Assembly: GCA_003553505.1 (NCBI GenBank)
Contig: PWEN01000033.1
Span: 14,518-78,517, forward strand
Length of the DNA: 64,000 bases
Reading direction: 5' to 3'
Source of the DNA: Candidatus Nealsonbacteria bacterium
GTDB taxonomy: Bacteria > Patescibacteriota > Minisyncoccia > Minisyncoccales > PWPS01
Position 1 is the first letter of the stretch. Every line of letters begins with the position of its first letter. The translations under genes were made by a program, and so were the position numbers. Below are positions 35,731-45,310 of this stretch, one piece after another. The notes under the pieces were generated by a model. That model ran no database searches. It saw only the letters and a program-made list of their open reading frames with translations, and was not told the origin of the DNA.

Positions 35731-38176
35731 AAAAGAAACAAAAGGAACGGATATAGGGTACGTTAAGCCGCGCAGTATCACTGAAGAGATGCGCAGCTCT
35801 TATATAGATTACGCTATGTCGGTAATTGTAGGAAGAGCACTTCCTGATGTGCGTGACGGGCTAAAGCCAGTGCACCGAAGAATACTTTATGCAATGAAAG
35901 AGGATGGCGTGACGCATAATGCGAGATTTAAAAAGTCTGCCAGTGTGGTGGGAACAACCCTTGCACGCTACCATCCTCATGGAGATATGGCTGTTTATAA
36001 CTCTCTTGTGCGAATGGCGCAGGATTTTTCCATGCGCTATCCTCTTATTCAAGGACAAGGAAACTTTGGGTCTATTGACGGCGATCCTCCTAGTGCGATG
36101 AGGTACTCTGAGGCAAGACTTTCCAAGTTGGGAGAGTATATGCTTCAAGACATAGCAAAAGATACAGTTGATTTTATAGAAAACTATGATGGCACTAAAA
36201 AAGAACCAAAAGTGCTTCCATCTCCTGTGCCGCAGTTTCTTTTAAATGGATCTCTTGGCATAGCGGTTGGCATGGCCACAAGTGTTCCTCCTCACAACTT
36301 GTCAGAGGTAGTGGATGCCTGTGTGCACCTTATAGATAATCCTAATGCAGCAACAGAGGACCTGTTAGAGTTTGTAAAAGGACCTGATTTCCCCACAGGA
36401 GGAGAGATATACAACAAAGAAGACATAATTGCTGCTTACTCAAAAGGAAAAGGCTCCATAGTTGTACGTGGAAAAGCGGAGATAGAGGAAGAAAAAAACA
36501 AGAGTCGTATTGTAATAACAGAAATTCCTTTTGGAGTGAGAAAAGCAAAGATGGTGCAGAGCTTTGCGAACATGGTGCAAAAGAAGAAACTGGAAGGAGT
36601 AAAGGACATAAGAGACGAGTCTGACAGAGAAGGGTTGCGGGTAGTTCTTGACCTCAAAAAGGACGCCTATCCCAAAAAGATACTAAACAGACTGTACAAC
36701 TTCTCTTCACTGCAGGAGACATTTCACCTTAACATGCTTTCCCTTGTTGAAGGAATACAGCCTCAGGTTCTAAGTCTTGCGGAGATACTTTATAACTATC
36801 TAAATCACAGAGAAGAAGTTATAACAAGAAGAACGCGTTTTGATCTGGAGAAAGCAAAACAAAGAGCACATATATTAGAAGGGCTTCACAAGGCACTTTC
36901 TGATATAGATGAGGTTATAAAGACAATAAAAGGCTCTGAGAGTCGGGACAGTGCAAAGGCTAACCTTATAAAAAAGTTTAAATTTTCTGAAGTTCAAGCG
37001 GACGCTATTCTCGATATGCGTCTTCACAAGCTTGCACGTCTCGAAAGAGAAGAGATAGAAAAGGAGTTAAAGGAGAAGCTTGCGCTCATAAAAAAGCTCA
37101 CGGCAATACTAAAGAGCAAGAAAAAAATAAAAGATGTTGTAAAGAAGGAGTTGTTAGAAATGAAAGAGATGTTTGGCGACGAAAGGAGAACAAAAGTGTT
37201 TGACCACGGAGTGGGAAAGATAAGCGAGAGAGACCTTATTCCTCAAGAGGAAACGATAATCACCATAACACAAGGAGGATACATAAAGCGTATAAATCCC
37301 TCTATATACAAGGAACAAAAAAGAGGAGGAAAAGGGCTTTTGGGAATGAAGACGGGCCAAGAGGATGTCGTAGAGCACTTCATAGAAGCGATGACGCACG
37401 ACTTCCTTCTATTTTTCACAGACAGTGGAAAGGTTTTCCGTGTTCCGGTCTACCTTGTTCCCGAGGGAGCAAGAGCGACGCGTGGAAGAGGTCTTTTGAA
37501 CTTTTTGGAGATATCTTCTGATGAAAAGGTTCTTACAGTAATTCCACTAGAAAGAAAAGAAGAAACAACAGAGGAGAATCTGGTAATGCTCACAAAGAGT
37601 GGCATTGTAAAGAAAACGCCTCTTAAGGATTTTGACAATATACGCAGGTCTGGCCTTATAGCTATAACGTTGCGTGAGAATGATGAACTCTGTCGTGTAA
37701 ACAGGACTACGGGAAGTGACGAGATATTTATATCCACAAAGAAGGGACAAGTAATAAGGTTCAACGAAAAGGATGTGCGCACCATGGGCAGGCAGGCTAG
37801 TGGAGTAAAAGGAGTTGCTCTCAAAAAGGGAGATGGAGTGGCGGACATGACAGTAGTTGGCAATGATCTTGCCAAAAAAGGAGATATTCTTTTGATTACC
37901 GAGAACGGATACGGAAAGAGAGTAGGTGTCGGAAGTTATAAGTCTCAGAAGAGAGGAGGTGTGGGAGTAAAAACAATAAAGAACTGGGAAAAAGTAGGAG
38001 ATGTTATTTCCGTGAGAGTAATACTTGACAATGAAGATCTTATTGCTATATCTCGTAATGGGAAAGTGATAAGAACAAAACTGAATCTTATCCCTAAACA
38101 GTCCCGTATAACGCAAGGAGTAACAGTGATGAAGCTTGACAAGGGAGACAAACTTGCTTCAATAATATGTATATAG
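35717..38176 (+). CDS. gyrA: DNA gyrase subunit A
   Basis: [35 protein letters not shown]-terminal beta-pinwheel repeats; 819 aa. Confidence 0.97.
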   Translation: MKSSKKETKGTDIGYVKPRSITEEMRSSYIDYAMSVIVGRALPDVRDGLKPVHRRILYAMKEDGVTHNARFKKSASVVGTTLARYHPHGDMAVYNSLVRMAQDFSMRYPLIQGQGNFGSIDGDPPSAMRYSEARLSKLGEYMLQDIAKDTVDFIENYDGTKKEPKVLPSPVPQFLLNGSLGIAVGMATSVPPHNLSEVVDACVHLIDNPNAATEDLLEFVKGPDFPTGGEIYNKEDIIAAYSKGKGSIVVRGKAEIEEEKNKSRIVITEIPFGVRKAKMVQSFANMVQKKKLEGVKDIRDESDREGLRVVLDLKKDAYPKKILNRLYNFSSLQETFHLNMLSLVEGIQPQVLSLAEILYNYLNHREEVITRRTRFDLEKAKQRAHILEGLHKALSDIDEVIKTIKGSESRDSAKANLIKKFKFSEVQADAILDMRLHKLARLEREEIEKELKEKLALIKKLTAILKSKKKIKDVVKKELLEMKEMFGDERRTKVFDHGVGKISERDLIPQEETIITITQGGYIKRINPSIYKEQKRGGKGLLGMKTGQEDVVEHFIEAMTHDFLLFFTDSGKVFRVPVYLVPEGARATRGRGLLNFLEISSDEKVLTVIPLERKEETTEENLVMLTKSGIVKKTPLKDFDNIRRSGLIAITLRENDELCRVNRTTGSDEIFISTKKGQVIRFNEKDVRTMGRQASGVKGVALKKGDGVADMTVVGNDLAKKGDILLITENGYGKRVGVGSYKSQKRGGVGVKTIKNWEKVGDVISVRVILDNEDLIAISRNGKVIRTKLNLIPKQSRITQGVTVMKLDKGDKLASIICI

Positions 38177-38177
38177 T

Positions 38178-38690
38178 ATGGCATTCCTTAATCCTGAAAA
38201 AATAATTTCGCAGCTTTCTATAAAAAAAGGGATGAGTGTTGCCGATCTGGGATGTGGGTCTGGAGGATGGACGGTTCCTATTGCAAAAGAAGCGGAAGAT
38301 GGTCAGGTTTATGCCGTTGATATACTGGAAGAGTCTCTTTCTGCGCTAAAAAGTAAACTTCATTCGGAGAAAGTTCACAACGTGCGAGTTGTACGCGCGG
38401 ACCTAGAAAAAGGCTCTTCGTTGCGCGTTGAATCTGTCGATCTTGTGGTGGTGTCCAATGTTCTCTTTCAAGCGGAGAGAAAAGAAGATATAATAAAAGA
38501 AGCTTTCCGCATACTTCGCAAAAAAGGTGTTTTGCTGGTGGTTGACTGGATTCCGGAGGCGGAAAACGGGCCCGAGGGTCGCATTTCCCCGCAAGAAGCA
38601 AGAGAGATGGCGGAAAACAACGGGTTTGATTTTTTGGAAGAGCTTGATGCGGGAGCTTATCACTTTGCTCATGTTTACAAAAAAGATTAA
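38178..38690 (+). CDS. class I SAM-dependent methyltransferase
   Basis: VADLGCGSGGWT motif I; 170 aa. Confidence 0.8.
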   Translation: MAFLNPEKIISQLSIKKGMSVADLGCGSGGWTVPIAKEAEDGQVYAVDILEESLSALKSKLHSEKVHNVRVVRADLEKGSSLRVESVDLVVVSNVLFQAERKEDIIKEAFRILRKKGVLLVVDWIPEAENGPEGRISPQEAREMAENNGFDFLEELDAGAYHFAHVYKKD

Positions 38691-39000
38691 AACAGCATTA
38701 ATATTAACACTTATTCTTTTGCCCGGTTTTATAGTGGGAACGATAGACCCTCCCACTGCTCATGGCAGCTTTGCAGATCTTGCAGAGGGGCTCGTGAAGG
38801 ACTTTGCTATTCCGATAGCTATTGCCATAGCTCCTATTTTGTTTATTATTTCCGGATTTTATTATCTTACTGCGGGAGGAAATCCTGATAATGTAACTAA
38901 AGCAAAGAACATATTTATATGGACGGTTATTGGCCTTGTTGTAGTGTTCTTTGCGTGGAGCGTAACATCTTTATTAAAGGATATATTGGAAATACCATGA
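38671..39000 (+). CDS. TrbC/VirB2-like pilin paralog 1
   Basis: Signal peptide MFTKKIKTALILTLILLPGFIV...AHG. Helix - YYLTAGGNPDNVTKAKN loop - helix. An alternative ATG at 38647 is possible; the listed ORF start 38527 lies inside the methyltransferase gene. Confidence 0.65.
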   Translation: MFTKKIKTALILTLILLPGFIVGTIDPPTAHGSFADLAEGLVKDFAIPIAIAIAPILFIISGFYYLTAGGNPDNVTKAKNIFIWTVIGLVVVFFAWSVTSLLKDILEIP

Positions 39001-39314
39001 GAAAAATAATCTTACCAGCAGCTGTTTTGTTTCTTGTTTTGCCTTTTTGTGTTTTGGCAGACCCTCCTGATCTAGGAACTACGGATGATGTGATAGATGT
39101 AATTGAGAACATAAGAAACTTTTTGTATGCCATATTTGGGATATGTGTTACGATATGCTTTATCATAGCAGGGTTTTACTTTATAACAGCAGGAGGCGAT
39201 CCGGATAAAATAAAAACCGCTAAGAGTATGGTGAAGTACGGAATAATAGGCACAGCAATGGGTGTTGTCGCAGGAGGAATGGCAGAGCTCATAGGCGCAT
39301 TTTTAGGAGCATAG
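38997..39314 (+). CDS. TrbC/VirB2-like pilin paralog 2
   Basis: ATGA overlap with paralog 1. Signal peptide MRKIILPAAVLFLVLPFCVLA. FYFITAGGDPDKIKTAKSMVKYGIIG loop between two hydrophobic helices. Confidence 0.7.
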   Translation: MRKIILPAAVLFLVLPFCVLADPPDLGTTDDVIDVIENIRNFLYAIFGICVTICFIIAGFYFITAGGDPDKIKTAKSMVKYGIIGTAMGVVAGGMAELIGAFLGA

Positions 39315-39316
39315 TA

Positions 39317-39344
39317 TTGTCATGTATTTGCAAGGTGCTATAAT
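39317..39344 (+). promoter_or_regulatory. strong sigma70-type promoter TTGTCA-16-TGcTATAAT for pilin paralog 3
   Basis: ttgtca (39317-22), 16-nt spacer, tgctataat (39336-44); AAGGA Shine-Dalgarno before ATG 39399. Confidence 0.65.
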
Positions 39345-39398
39345 GTATTAAATAATGAAAAATAAAAGGTCGATAACAAACCAAAGGATGCGTGCAAA

Positions 39399-39755
39399 AT
39401 GAATAAAGTAAGTAAATTTATTTTGTTTTTTCTTGTTGCCACGATAGTAGCTGTGCCTGCTGGGGGTGCTCATGCTCTCTTTGATGACCCGGGAGAAGAA
39501 CCTCCTGAGCCCATTACAACACCTGGTGACATTGAGGAATTTTTAGAAGGAGTGATGAACTGGCTTTATCTGATAATCGGAATAATAGTGGTTATCATGC
39601 TTATTTTAGCCGGCTGGAACTTTATTACAGCAAGTGGTGATCAGGACAAAGTTAACAAAGGAAAGGACATGGTTAAGTACGCGCTTATAGGTGTGGCTGT
39701 AATGGTTGTCGCTGGAGGAGTGTTTACTCTTATCGAGGCGTTTTTCGGAGAGTAA
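39399..39755 (+). CDS. TrbC/VirB2-like pilin paralog 3
   Basis: Signal peptide ...AGGAHA. WNFITASGDQDKVNKGKDMVKYALIG loop between two hydrophobic helices. Confidence 0.7.
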   Translation: MNKVSKFILFFLVATIVAVPAGGAHALFDDPGEEPPEPITTPGDIEEFLEGVMNWLYLIIGIIVVIMLILAGWNFITASGDQDKVNKGKDMVKYALIGVAVMVVAGGVFTLIEAFFGE

Positions 39756-39780
39756 GGTTAAAGTTCTTACAAGAGATGCT

Positions 39781-39805
39781 AGCCCCGGAACTTGATTTCG
39801 GGGCT
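39781..39805 (+). terminator. hairpin after pilin 3 (putative terminator)
   Basis: agccccggaa-cttga-tttcggggct 10-bp stem; only a weak T-tract follows. Confidence 0.5.
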
Positions 39806-39827
39806 AATGTTTGCAATAATAAAAAAA

Positions 39828-39911
39828 GCCGAGGTGGCGAAACAGGCAACCGCGACAGGTTTAGGACCTGTTGCCCACAAGGGCTTGCGGGTTCGAATCC
39901 CGCCCTCGGCA
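39828..39911 (+). tRNA. tRNA-Leu(TAG), class II
   Basis: Acceptor GCCGAGG/CCTCGGC, anticodon stem ACAGG/CCTGT, loop TTTAGGA, long variable arm. Confidence 0.88.
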
Positions 39912-39919
39912 CAAAAGAA

Positions 39920-40336
39920 CTACAACTCTACTTTTCTCTTTTTCTCTTTTTCTATTTTTGGTATCTCAATAGTAGCAATACCGTCTTCTATGGATGCTTT
40001 TATGTTTGATGGATCCGTTTCTTCCGGAATTATTACTTCTCTTCTAAAACTTCCAAAGAAACACTCTTTTGTGTAGAACTGTTTTATATCTTCTTCTTTC
40101 GGTCTTTCTCTCTTTCCTTTTATTACCACCATGTCTTTCTCTGCTGTTATCTCCAGATCTTCTTTTTTAACTCCTCCCAAAGGAGCCTGAATCACTATGC
40201 TGTTTTCTGTCTCATAGACATCAACAACAAGCTCCCCTTCTTTTTTCATCCAAGACTTGTCCTTTTGGGTGTTGTTTTTTCCGCTTTCTTCTTCTATTTT
40301 TTCTGTTTCCCAGTTTTTCTTTTTTAGGAAAGGCAT
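39920..40336 (-). CDS. Hsp20/alpha-crystallin family small heat-shock protein
   Basis: GELVVDVYETENSIVIQAPLGGVKKEDLEI...FRREVIIPEETDPSNIKASIEDGIATIEIPK pattern. Confidence 0.88.
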   Translation of the reverse strand: MPFLKKKNWETEKIEEESGKNNTQKDKSWMKKEGELVVDVYETENSIVIQAPLGGVKKEDLEITAEKDMVVIKGKRERPKEEDIKQFYTKECFFGSFRREVIIPEETDPSNIKASIEDGIATIEIPKIEKEKKRKVEL

Positions 40337-40375
40337 ATTTTTAAACTTTATACTACTCCAATATTAGTGCAACGA

Positions 40376-41449
40376 TTATGTAAAGTCAATTTTTAAGTTG
40401 GGGTCTGCAAGTATTTCGCTATAATGCTTTTCTTTGCCAATAGCGATGGCCGTCGCTGCGATCATTTCTGCATTGTCAACAGAAAGAAAAGAAGAAGGAA
40501 TGACCGTGTCTTTTTCTATTTTCTCTCTTAATCTCTCGTTTGCAGTTACGCCTCCTCCCACTATTAAGCTTTTTGCTTTGCACTCTTTTCCTGCTTCTTT
40601 TAGTTTTTTGGCAAGGACGTCTGTTATTGCTTCCTCTATCTCTTTTGCCATGTCGCTGATGTATCGTGGGTCATCCGTTTTTTTGAAGTTATAAAGGACG
40701 GCTGTTTTCAGTCCCGAGAAGCTGAAATCGTAGTTCTTGCTGTGCATCATGGGGCGTGGAAGTCTTATATCATAAAGTCCTTCTGCTTTTTTTGCTTCTT
40801 TTGATATTTCCGGTCCTCCGGGATAAGGGAGACCGAGAATGCGTGCTGTTTTGTCGAAACACTCTCCTGCTGCATCATCTCTTGTTTTTCCCAGCGAGTG
40901 AAATTCATCAATGGAGTTTAGTAGTATAAGCTCTGTGTGTCCTCCGCTGGCCACAAGGGCAACGGCGGGAAACTCTATCTTTTTCTTTTGCAAAAGAAAG
41001 GAAAGAGCGTGGGCTTTTATGTGGTTTACCGGAATGACGGGAATATTATATGCACATGATAAAACCTTGGCAAAGTTTACTCCCGCCCACAAGCAAGGGT
41101 CCAGTCCCGGCCCGACAGTTACGGCAATAGCCTCTATTTTTGCTTTTTTGTGTTCTGAGAGGAATTTTTCTGTTTCGAAAAGAAGATGGTCTTCGCGTTG
41201 CATTATCTCTTTTGCTTTCTTGCATGAAACGCCTTTTCCTTTTTCAAGGAGGCCCGCTTTTTTTAGCGCTTCTTTTGTGACGGGCACAAGATTTCTTTGA
41301 TGTTCGCGCCTTGCAAGAGAAGGATAAACTCCTCCCCACTCTCTGTGAACTTCTATTTGAGAAGATATTACTCCTGACAGAGTGTGCATATCTTTTGTGA
41401 CAACTGCAGCGCAAGTATCATCACAAGATGTTTCAATTCCTAGTATCAT
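40376..41449 (-). CDS. tsaD: tRNA N6-adenosine threonylcarbamoyltransferase TsaD
   Basis: MILGIETSCDDT start, metal-binding NHIKAH, ASGGHTEL. Confidence 0.93.
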   Translation of the reverse strand: MILGIETSCDDTCAAVVTKDMHTLSGVISSQIEVHREWGGVYPSLARREHQRNLVPVTKEALKKAGLLEKGKGVSCKKAKEIMQREDHLLFETEKFLSEHKKAKIEAIAVTVGPGLDPCLWAGVNFAKVLSCAYNIPVIPVNHIKAHALSFLLQKKKIEFPAVALVASGGHTELILLNSIDEFHSLGKTRDDAAGECFDKTARILGLPYPGGPEISKEAKKAEGLYDIRLPRPMMHSKNYDFSFSGLKTAVLYNFKKTDDPRYISDMAKEIEEAITDVLAKKLKEAGKECKAKSLIVGGGVTANERLREKIEKDTVIPSSFLSVDNAEMIAATAIAIGKEKHYSEILADPNLKIDFT

Positions 41450-41496
41450 ATCTTGATTTTTTAAGAAAATATATTAAAATAACCATACTTTTTTAT

Positions 41497-41571
41497 GGCC
41501 CCGTCGTCTAGTCTGGTCTAGGACGCCAGGTTTTCATTCTGGTAACACGGGTTCGAATCCCGTCGGGGTCA
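41497..41571 (+). tRNA. tRNA-Glu(TTC)
   Basis: Acceptor GGCCCCG/CGGGGTC, anticodon loop TTTTCAT. Confidence 0.88.
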
Positions 41572-41574
41572 CTT

Positions 41575-43665
41575 TTATTCCAAGTGAATCTTTTTTTCTA
41601 GCGAACCAACCCTCTTTAAAAGAAGAGGGTTTTTCTTAAGATCACTGTCTTTGTTTATTATCTCTTTTGCTTCTTCGCGCGCTTCTTCTACTAGCGCCTT
41701 ATCTTTTAGCGCTTCCATGGTGAAGTCCGGAATGCCCCACTGTCTTTTGCCAAAAAAGTCTCCTTGTCCTCTTATTTGCATGTCTTTTTCTGCAAGCTGA
41801 AACCCGTTGCGGGACTCGACAAGCGCTTTCAGTCTTTTTCTTGTCTTTTCTTTGTGTGAGCTTGTAAACAAGAGGCAGTAAGACTGAAACTCTCCTCTTC
41901 CCACTCTGCCGCGAAACTGGTGCAGTTGAGCAAGTCCGAACATTTCTGCTCCCTCTATCACCATTACGCTGGCATTTTTTATATCTACTCCTACTTCTAT
42001 GACGGAGGTGGAGACAAGAATGTGTGCTTTTCCTTTTCTAAAACGGCTCATAACACTCTCTTTTTCTGAAGACTTCATCTTTCCGTGCAGCATTTCCACT
42101 TTTAGATCCGGAAAAACTTCTTTTTCGAGTTTTTCTTTTTCTTCCTCTACCGCTTTTGCTTCCGCCCAGACAGAGTCTTTGTTTTCCGTTTCTGCGATAC
42201 GAGGACATATGAAGAACGCTTGCCTTCCTTTTTTTATCTCTTCTCTTATAAAACCATAGGCATCATTTCTTTTTTGGGGAGGAACAAGTCTTGTGATTAC
42301 TTCTTTCCTTTCTTTTGGCTGTTCATCGATTACCGATAAGCTCAGGTCTCCGTATACAGTAAGAGCAAGAGTGCGAGGAATAGGGGTTGCAGTCATAGAG
42401 AGAAGATGGGGAACAGCTCCCTTCTTAAGGCAAAGATTTGCTCTTTGTTCTACCCCGAAGCGGTGTTGTTCGTCGAGTATTACCAGAGCAAGATTCTTGA
42501 ATCTTACCTTATCTTGGATGAGGGCGTGAGTTCCGATAAGAATTTTTAACTCCCCTTTTTCTGTTTTTTGAAGAAGTTTTTCGCGGGATATTTGAACAGT
42601 ATCTCCTTTTAGTTTTTGAGACCTTATACAGTCCTTTTTTCCCGTAAGAAGACCCACGTCTACTTTGAATCTCCACATAAGCTTTGAAACTTCTTCAAAG
42701 TGTTGAGAAGAAAGCACTTCCGTGGGAGCCATGAAAGCCACCTGATATCCTGCTCTTATGGCCGTTAAGGCGGCTATAGTGGCAACCACGGTTTTTCCCG
42801 ATCCCACATCTCCTTCAAGCAGGCGGTTCATAGGAACGCTTCTCTCCATGTCTTTTAGTATCTGCCAAGAACATTTTTTTTGGGCATTTGTGAGAGTGAA
42901 GGGAAGATGAGAAAGAAGTTCTTTTACAGACTCTATGTCCATAGGAATAGAAAGCCCTCTATTTTTTTCCAGAGAAGCTCTTTTCTTCAAGAGCATGAGT
43001 TGGATTAAGAATAAGCGCTCGAAAGAGAATCTTCTTTGTGCTTTTTTTGCATTTTCCAGTGATGCGGGAAAATGTATTTGACGAAGAGCTTTTGATAAAG
43101 AAAAAAGTTTCTTCTTTTTTATTATTTCTTGGGGAAGTGTTTCCTTTATGGGTATATCTTTTTGTAATATAGGTTTTAATATAAACCTTATCCATCTTGA
43201 AGAGACACCCTCTGTTTCCGGATAAACGGGAACAACTCTTGCTGTATGCAGCGGGGAAGAAGATATTTTTTCATATACAGGATTTATAAGCTGCAAGCCC
43301 TCCTTCGATCGGGATGCTTTTCCGGAAACAAGAATACTGTCTCCTTTTTTAAGAGAGTCTGCAAGATAAGGCTGGTTGAACCATATTGCTTTTATGGCGC
43401 CACTTTTGTCTTGTAGCAATATCTCTGCAAAGGATATGTTCTTTTTCGGTGTTCTGCCTTTTGCAGAGTCGATCACTTCTCCTCTTATGGTGCACTTTTC
43501 ATCTGTCTTGACGGAAGATATGGGTGTTGTCAAAGAGAGGTCCTCATAGCGATTTGGAAAGTGAAAAAGAAGTTCTCCCACCGTCCTTATTCCCAGCTTT
43601 TGCAGTCTTTTCTGGTACTTGGGACCTACATGAGGTAGTTTTGATACAGGAGTGGAGGTTTTCAT
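41575..43665 (-). CDS. recG: ATP-dependent DNA helicase RecG
   Basis: Wedge domain, Walker A GDVGSGKTVVA, DEQHRFG, QLHQFRGRVGRG. Start set to ATG 43665 because the listed GTG 43674 would overlap the tRNA. Confidence 0.93.
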   Translation of the reverse strand: MKTSTPVSKLPHVGPKYQKRLQKLGIRTVGELLFHFPNRYEDLSLTTPISSVKTDEKCTIRGEVIDSAKGRTPKKNISFAEILLQDKSGAIKAIWFNQPYLADSLKKGDSILVSGKASRSKEGLQLINPVYEKISSSPLHTARVVPVYPETEGVSSRWIRFILKPILQKDIPIKETLPQEIIKKKKLFSLSKALRQIHFPASLENAKKAQRRFSFERLFLIQLMLLKKRASLEKNRGLSIPMDIESVKELLSHLPFTLTNAQKKCSWQILKDMERSVPMNRLLEGDVGSGKTVVATIAALTAIRAGYQVAFMAPTEVLSSQHFEEVSKLMWRFKVDVGLLTGKKDCIRSQKLKGDTVQISREKLLQKTEKGELKILIGTHALIQDKVRFKNLALVILDEQHRFGVEQRANLCLKKGAVPHLLSMTATPIPRTLALTVYGDLSLSVIDEQPKERKEVITRLVPPQKRNDAYGFIREEIKKGRQAFFICPRIAETENKDSVWAEAKAVEEEKEKLEKEVFPDLKVEMLHGKMKSSEKESVMSRFRKGKAHILVSTSVIEVGVDIKNASVMVIEGAEMFGLAQLHQFRGRVGRGEFQSYCLLFTSSHKEKTRKRLKALVESRNGFQLAEKDMQIRGQGDFFGKRQWGIPDFTMEALKDKALVEEAREEAKEIINKDSDLKKNPLLLKRVGSLEKKIHLE

Positions 43666-43669
43666 GGTG

Positions 43670-43743
43670 TGCACCCGGCAGGACTCGAACCTGCACTCTC
43701 TTCCTCCGCAGGGAAACGCTTTATCCAGTTAAGCTACGGGTGC
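43670..43743 (-). tRNA. tRNA-Arg(GCG)
   Basis: Acceptor GCACCCG/CGGGTGC, anticodon stem TTTCC/GGAAG, loop CTGCGGA. Confidence 0.85.
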
Positions 43744-43834
43744 GCATACCTTTCTAATCTAGCAGAAAAAAACATTAAAATCAATTGCTTGTATGTTTGA
43801 AAATATGCACAAAATAGGTTATTATAGAAAGCAC

Positions 43835-43921
43835 GGAGAGGTCGCATAGCCTGGTCCATTGCGGCACACTGCTAATGTGCAGGGCGAATAGCCCACGTGG
43901 GTTCGAATCCCACCCTCTCCG
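43835..43921 (+). tRNA. tRNA-Ser(GCT), class II
   Basis: Acceptor GGAGAGG/CCTCTCC, anticodon loop CTGCTAA, long variable arm. Confidence 0.88.
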
Positions 43922-43933
43922 CATTTTTTGTTT

Positions 43934-44016
43934 GGAGGGGTCGGATAACGGCTATTCCACCGCTCTTGAAAAGCGGCGTGCGCAAGCACATGTGGGTTCG
44001 AATCCCACCCCCTCCG
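43934..44016 (+). tRNA. tRNA-Ser(TGA), class II
   Basis: Acceptor GGAGGGG/CCCCTCC, anticodon loop CTTGAAA, long variable arm. Confidence 0.88.
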
Positions 44017-44039
44017 CACAACTTCTTTCGGAAAACTGT

Positions 44040-44561
44040 ATGACAACAATTTTATTTATAGCTGGATCTGTAACCTTATTTTCTTTGATCTATGCAGCAT
44101 CACAAGGTGCGCCGTTTGTGCCGACAAAAAGAAAAGACGTGCAACGATTTTTGGAAGTGGCAGATATAAAAGATGGTCAAAAAGTGTATGATCTTGGCTG
44201 TGGAGACGGGCGACTTGTTTGTGCCGCTGCAAGCGCTGGCGCTGATGCGGAGGGATTAGAGATTTCTATTTTACCGTTTATTCTTGCTCACACACGAAGA
44301 CTTTTCTCTGAAAACAGAAAGCATATAAAAATATCTTACAAGAACATTTGGGGTGCGAACTTAAGCGATGCGGACGTTATATATATTTATCTTATGCCTG
44401 AAGCTCTGCCAAGATTGAAAGCAAAGCTTGAGAAAGAGCTAAAAAAAGAAACAAAGATCATTACTTATGTTTGGCCTATTGAAGATTGGACGCCGGTGGC
44501 TCAAAATGAAACAAAAGGGCATCCAAGTCTATATCTTTATAGGATTGCTGGAGGATCGTAA
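44040..44561 (+). CDS. membrane-anchored class I SAM-dependent methyltransferase
   Basis: Start set to ATG 44040 (MTTILFIAGSV...), since the listed ORF start 43875 runs through two tRNA genes. VYDLGCGDGRLV motif I. Confidence 0.75.
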   Translation: MTTILFIAGSVTLFSLIYAASQGAPFVPTKRKDVQRFLEVADIKDGQKVYDLGCGDGRLVCAAASAGADAEGLEISILPFILAHTRRLFSENRKHIKISYKNIWGANLSDADVIYIYLMPEALPRLKAKLEKELKKETKIITYVWPIEDWTPVAQNETKGHPSLYLYRIAGGS

Positions 44562-44596
44562 AACAGCAGAGAGGACGCCCTCTGCTTAATATTATC

Positions 44597-45283
44597 GTGT
44601 GCATTTCTTTTACTACACAATTAGTGTTGTGGGTGTTGATTACTCTTGTTTTTAGTGGTTTTGCTGGAATACTGGGGAAGCGATATGGAGTAGAGTATCC
44701 TATTGCTTTTATTTCTGCTCTTGTTGTTATGGCGGGGGTTTTTGCAAACAAGATAATTGAGATTGGCCCTCTTACCGTTCCCGCAGGAGTCATGGTTTTT
44801 TCCATGACTTTTTTTGTTACCGATATTATCTCTGAAAAGTGGGGCAAAAAGGAGGCGCGTAAAGCGGTTTGGGCGGGATTTTTCTCTGCTTTGGTTTTAG
44901 CGGTATCTACTCATATAGTTGTTGGTTGGCAGCCTGCTTATGAATCCTCTAAGGCATTCACAGAAGCCTTATCGCTTACTCCCAGAATAGCTTTTGCTGG
45001 TATAGTTGCTTACCTTTTTTCGCAGCACTATGATGTGTGGTTTTTTCATTTTTTGAAAAGAAAAACAAAAGGAAAGCATCTCTGGATGAGAAACAATCTT
45101 TCCACGGCAACAAGTCAGCTTATAGATTCTATTGTTTTTGTTTCTATTGCTTTTTATGGAGTTTTTCCCGTGATTCCTCTTATTTTCGGACAATGGATAG
45201 TAAAGACGGTAATTGCTGCTATAGACACCCCTTTTATTTATGTGGTTATACGCATTATGGACAAAGTAAAAGAAAAAAAGTAG
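44597..45283 (+). CDS. yhhQ: YhhQ/VUT-family (DUF165) queuosine-precursor transporter
   Basis: FFVTDIISEKWGKKEARKAVWAGF and TSQLIDSIVFVSIAFYG...AIDTPFIY motifs; GTG start as listed. Confidence 0.7.
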   Translation: MCISFTTQLVLWVLITLVFSGFAGILGKRYGVEYPIAFISALVVMAGVFANKIIEIGPLTVPAGVMVFSMTFFVTDIISEKWGKKEARKAVWAGFFSALVLAVSTHIVVGWQPAYESSKAFTEALSLTPRIAFAGIVAYLFSQHYDVWFFHFLKRKTKGKHLWMRNNLSTATSQLIDSIVFVSIAFYGVFPVIPLIFGQWIVKTVIAAIDTPFIYVVIRIMDKVKEKK

Positions 45284-45310
45284 TATCAAGACAAAGTAAT
45301 TTTGCTTAAA

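Noticed and set aside
27048-44016. Only 5 of 18 tRNA genes encode the 3' CCA (Ala, Gly, Phe, Val-TAC, Ile)
   Set aside because: Mixed CCA encoding is common in bacteria with a CCA-adding enzyme. It is noted but not unusual enough to flag.
43875-44039. N-terminal 55-aa extension of the methyltransferase ORF, and similar listed starts at 38527, 13557, 16818-17309, 62926 and 43674
   Set aside because: The extensions overlap tRNAs or upstream genes. Internal ATGs give sensible N-termini (signal peptides or conserved starts) and tight gene junctions.
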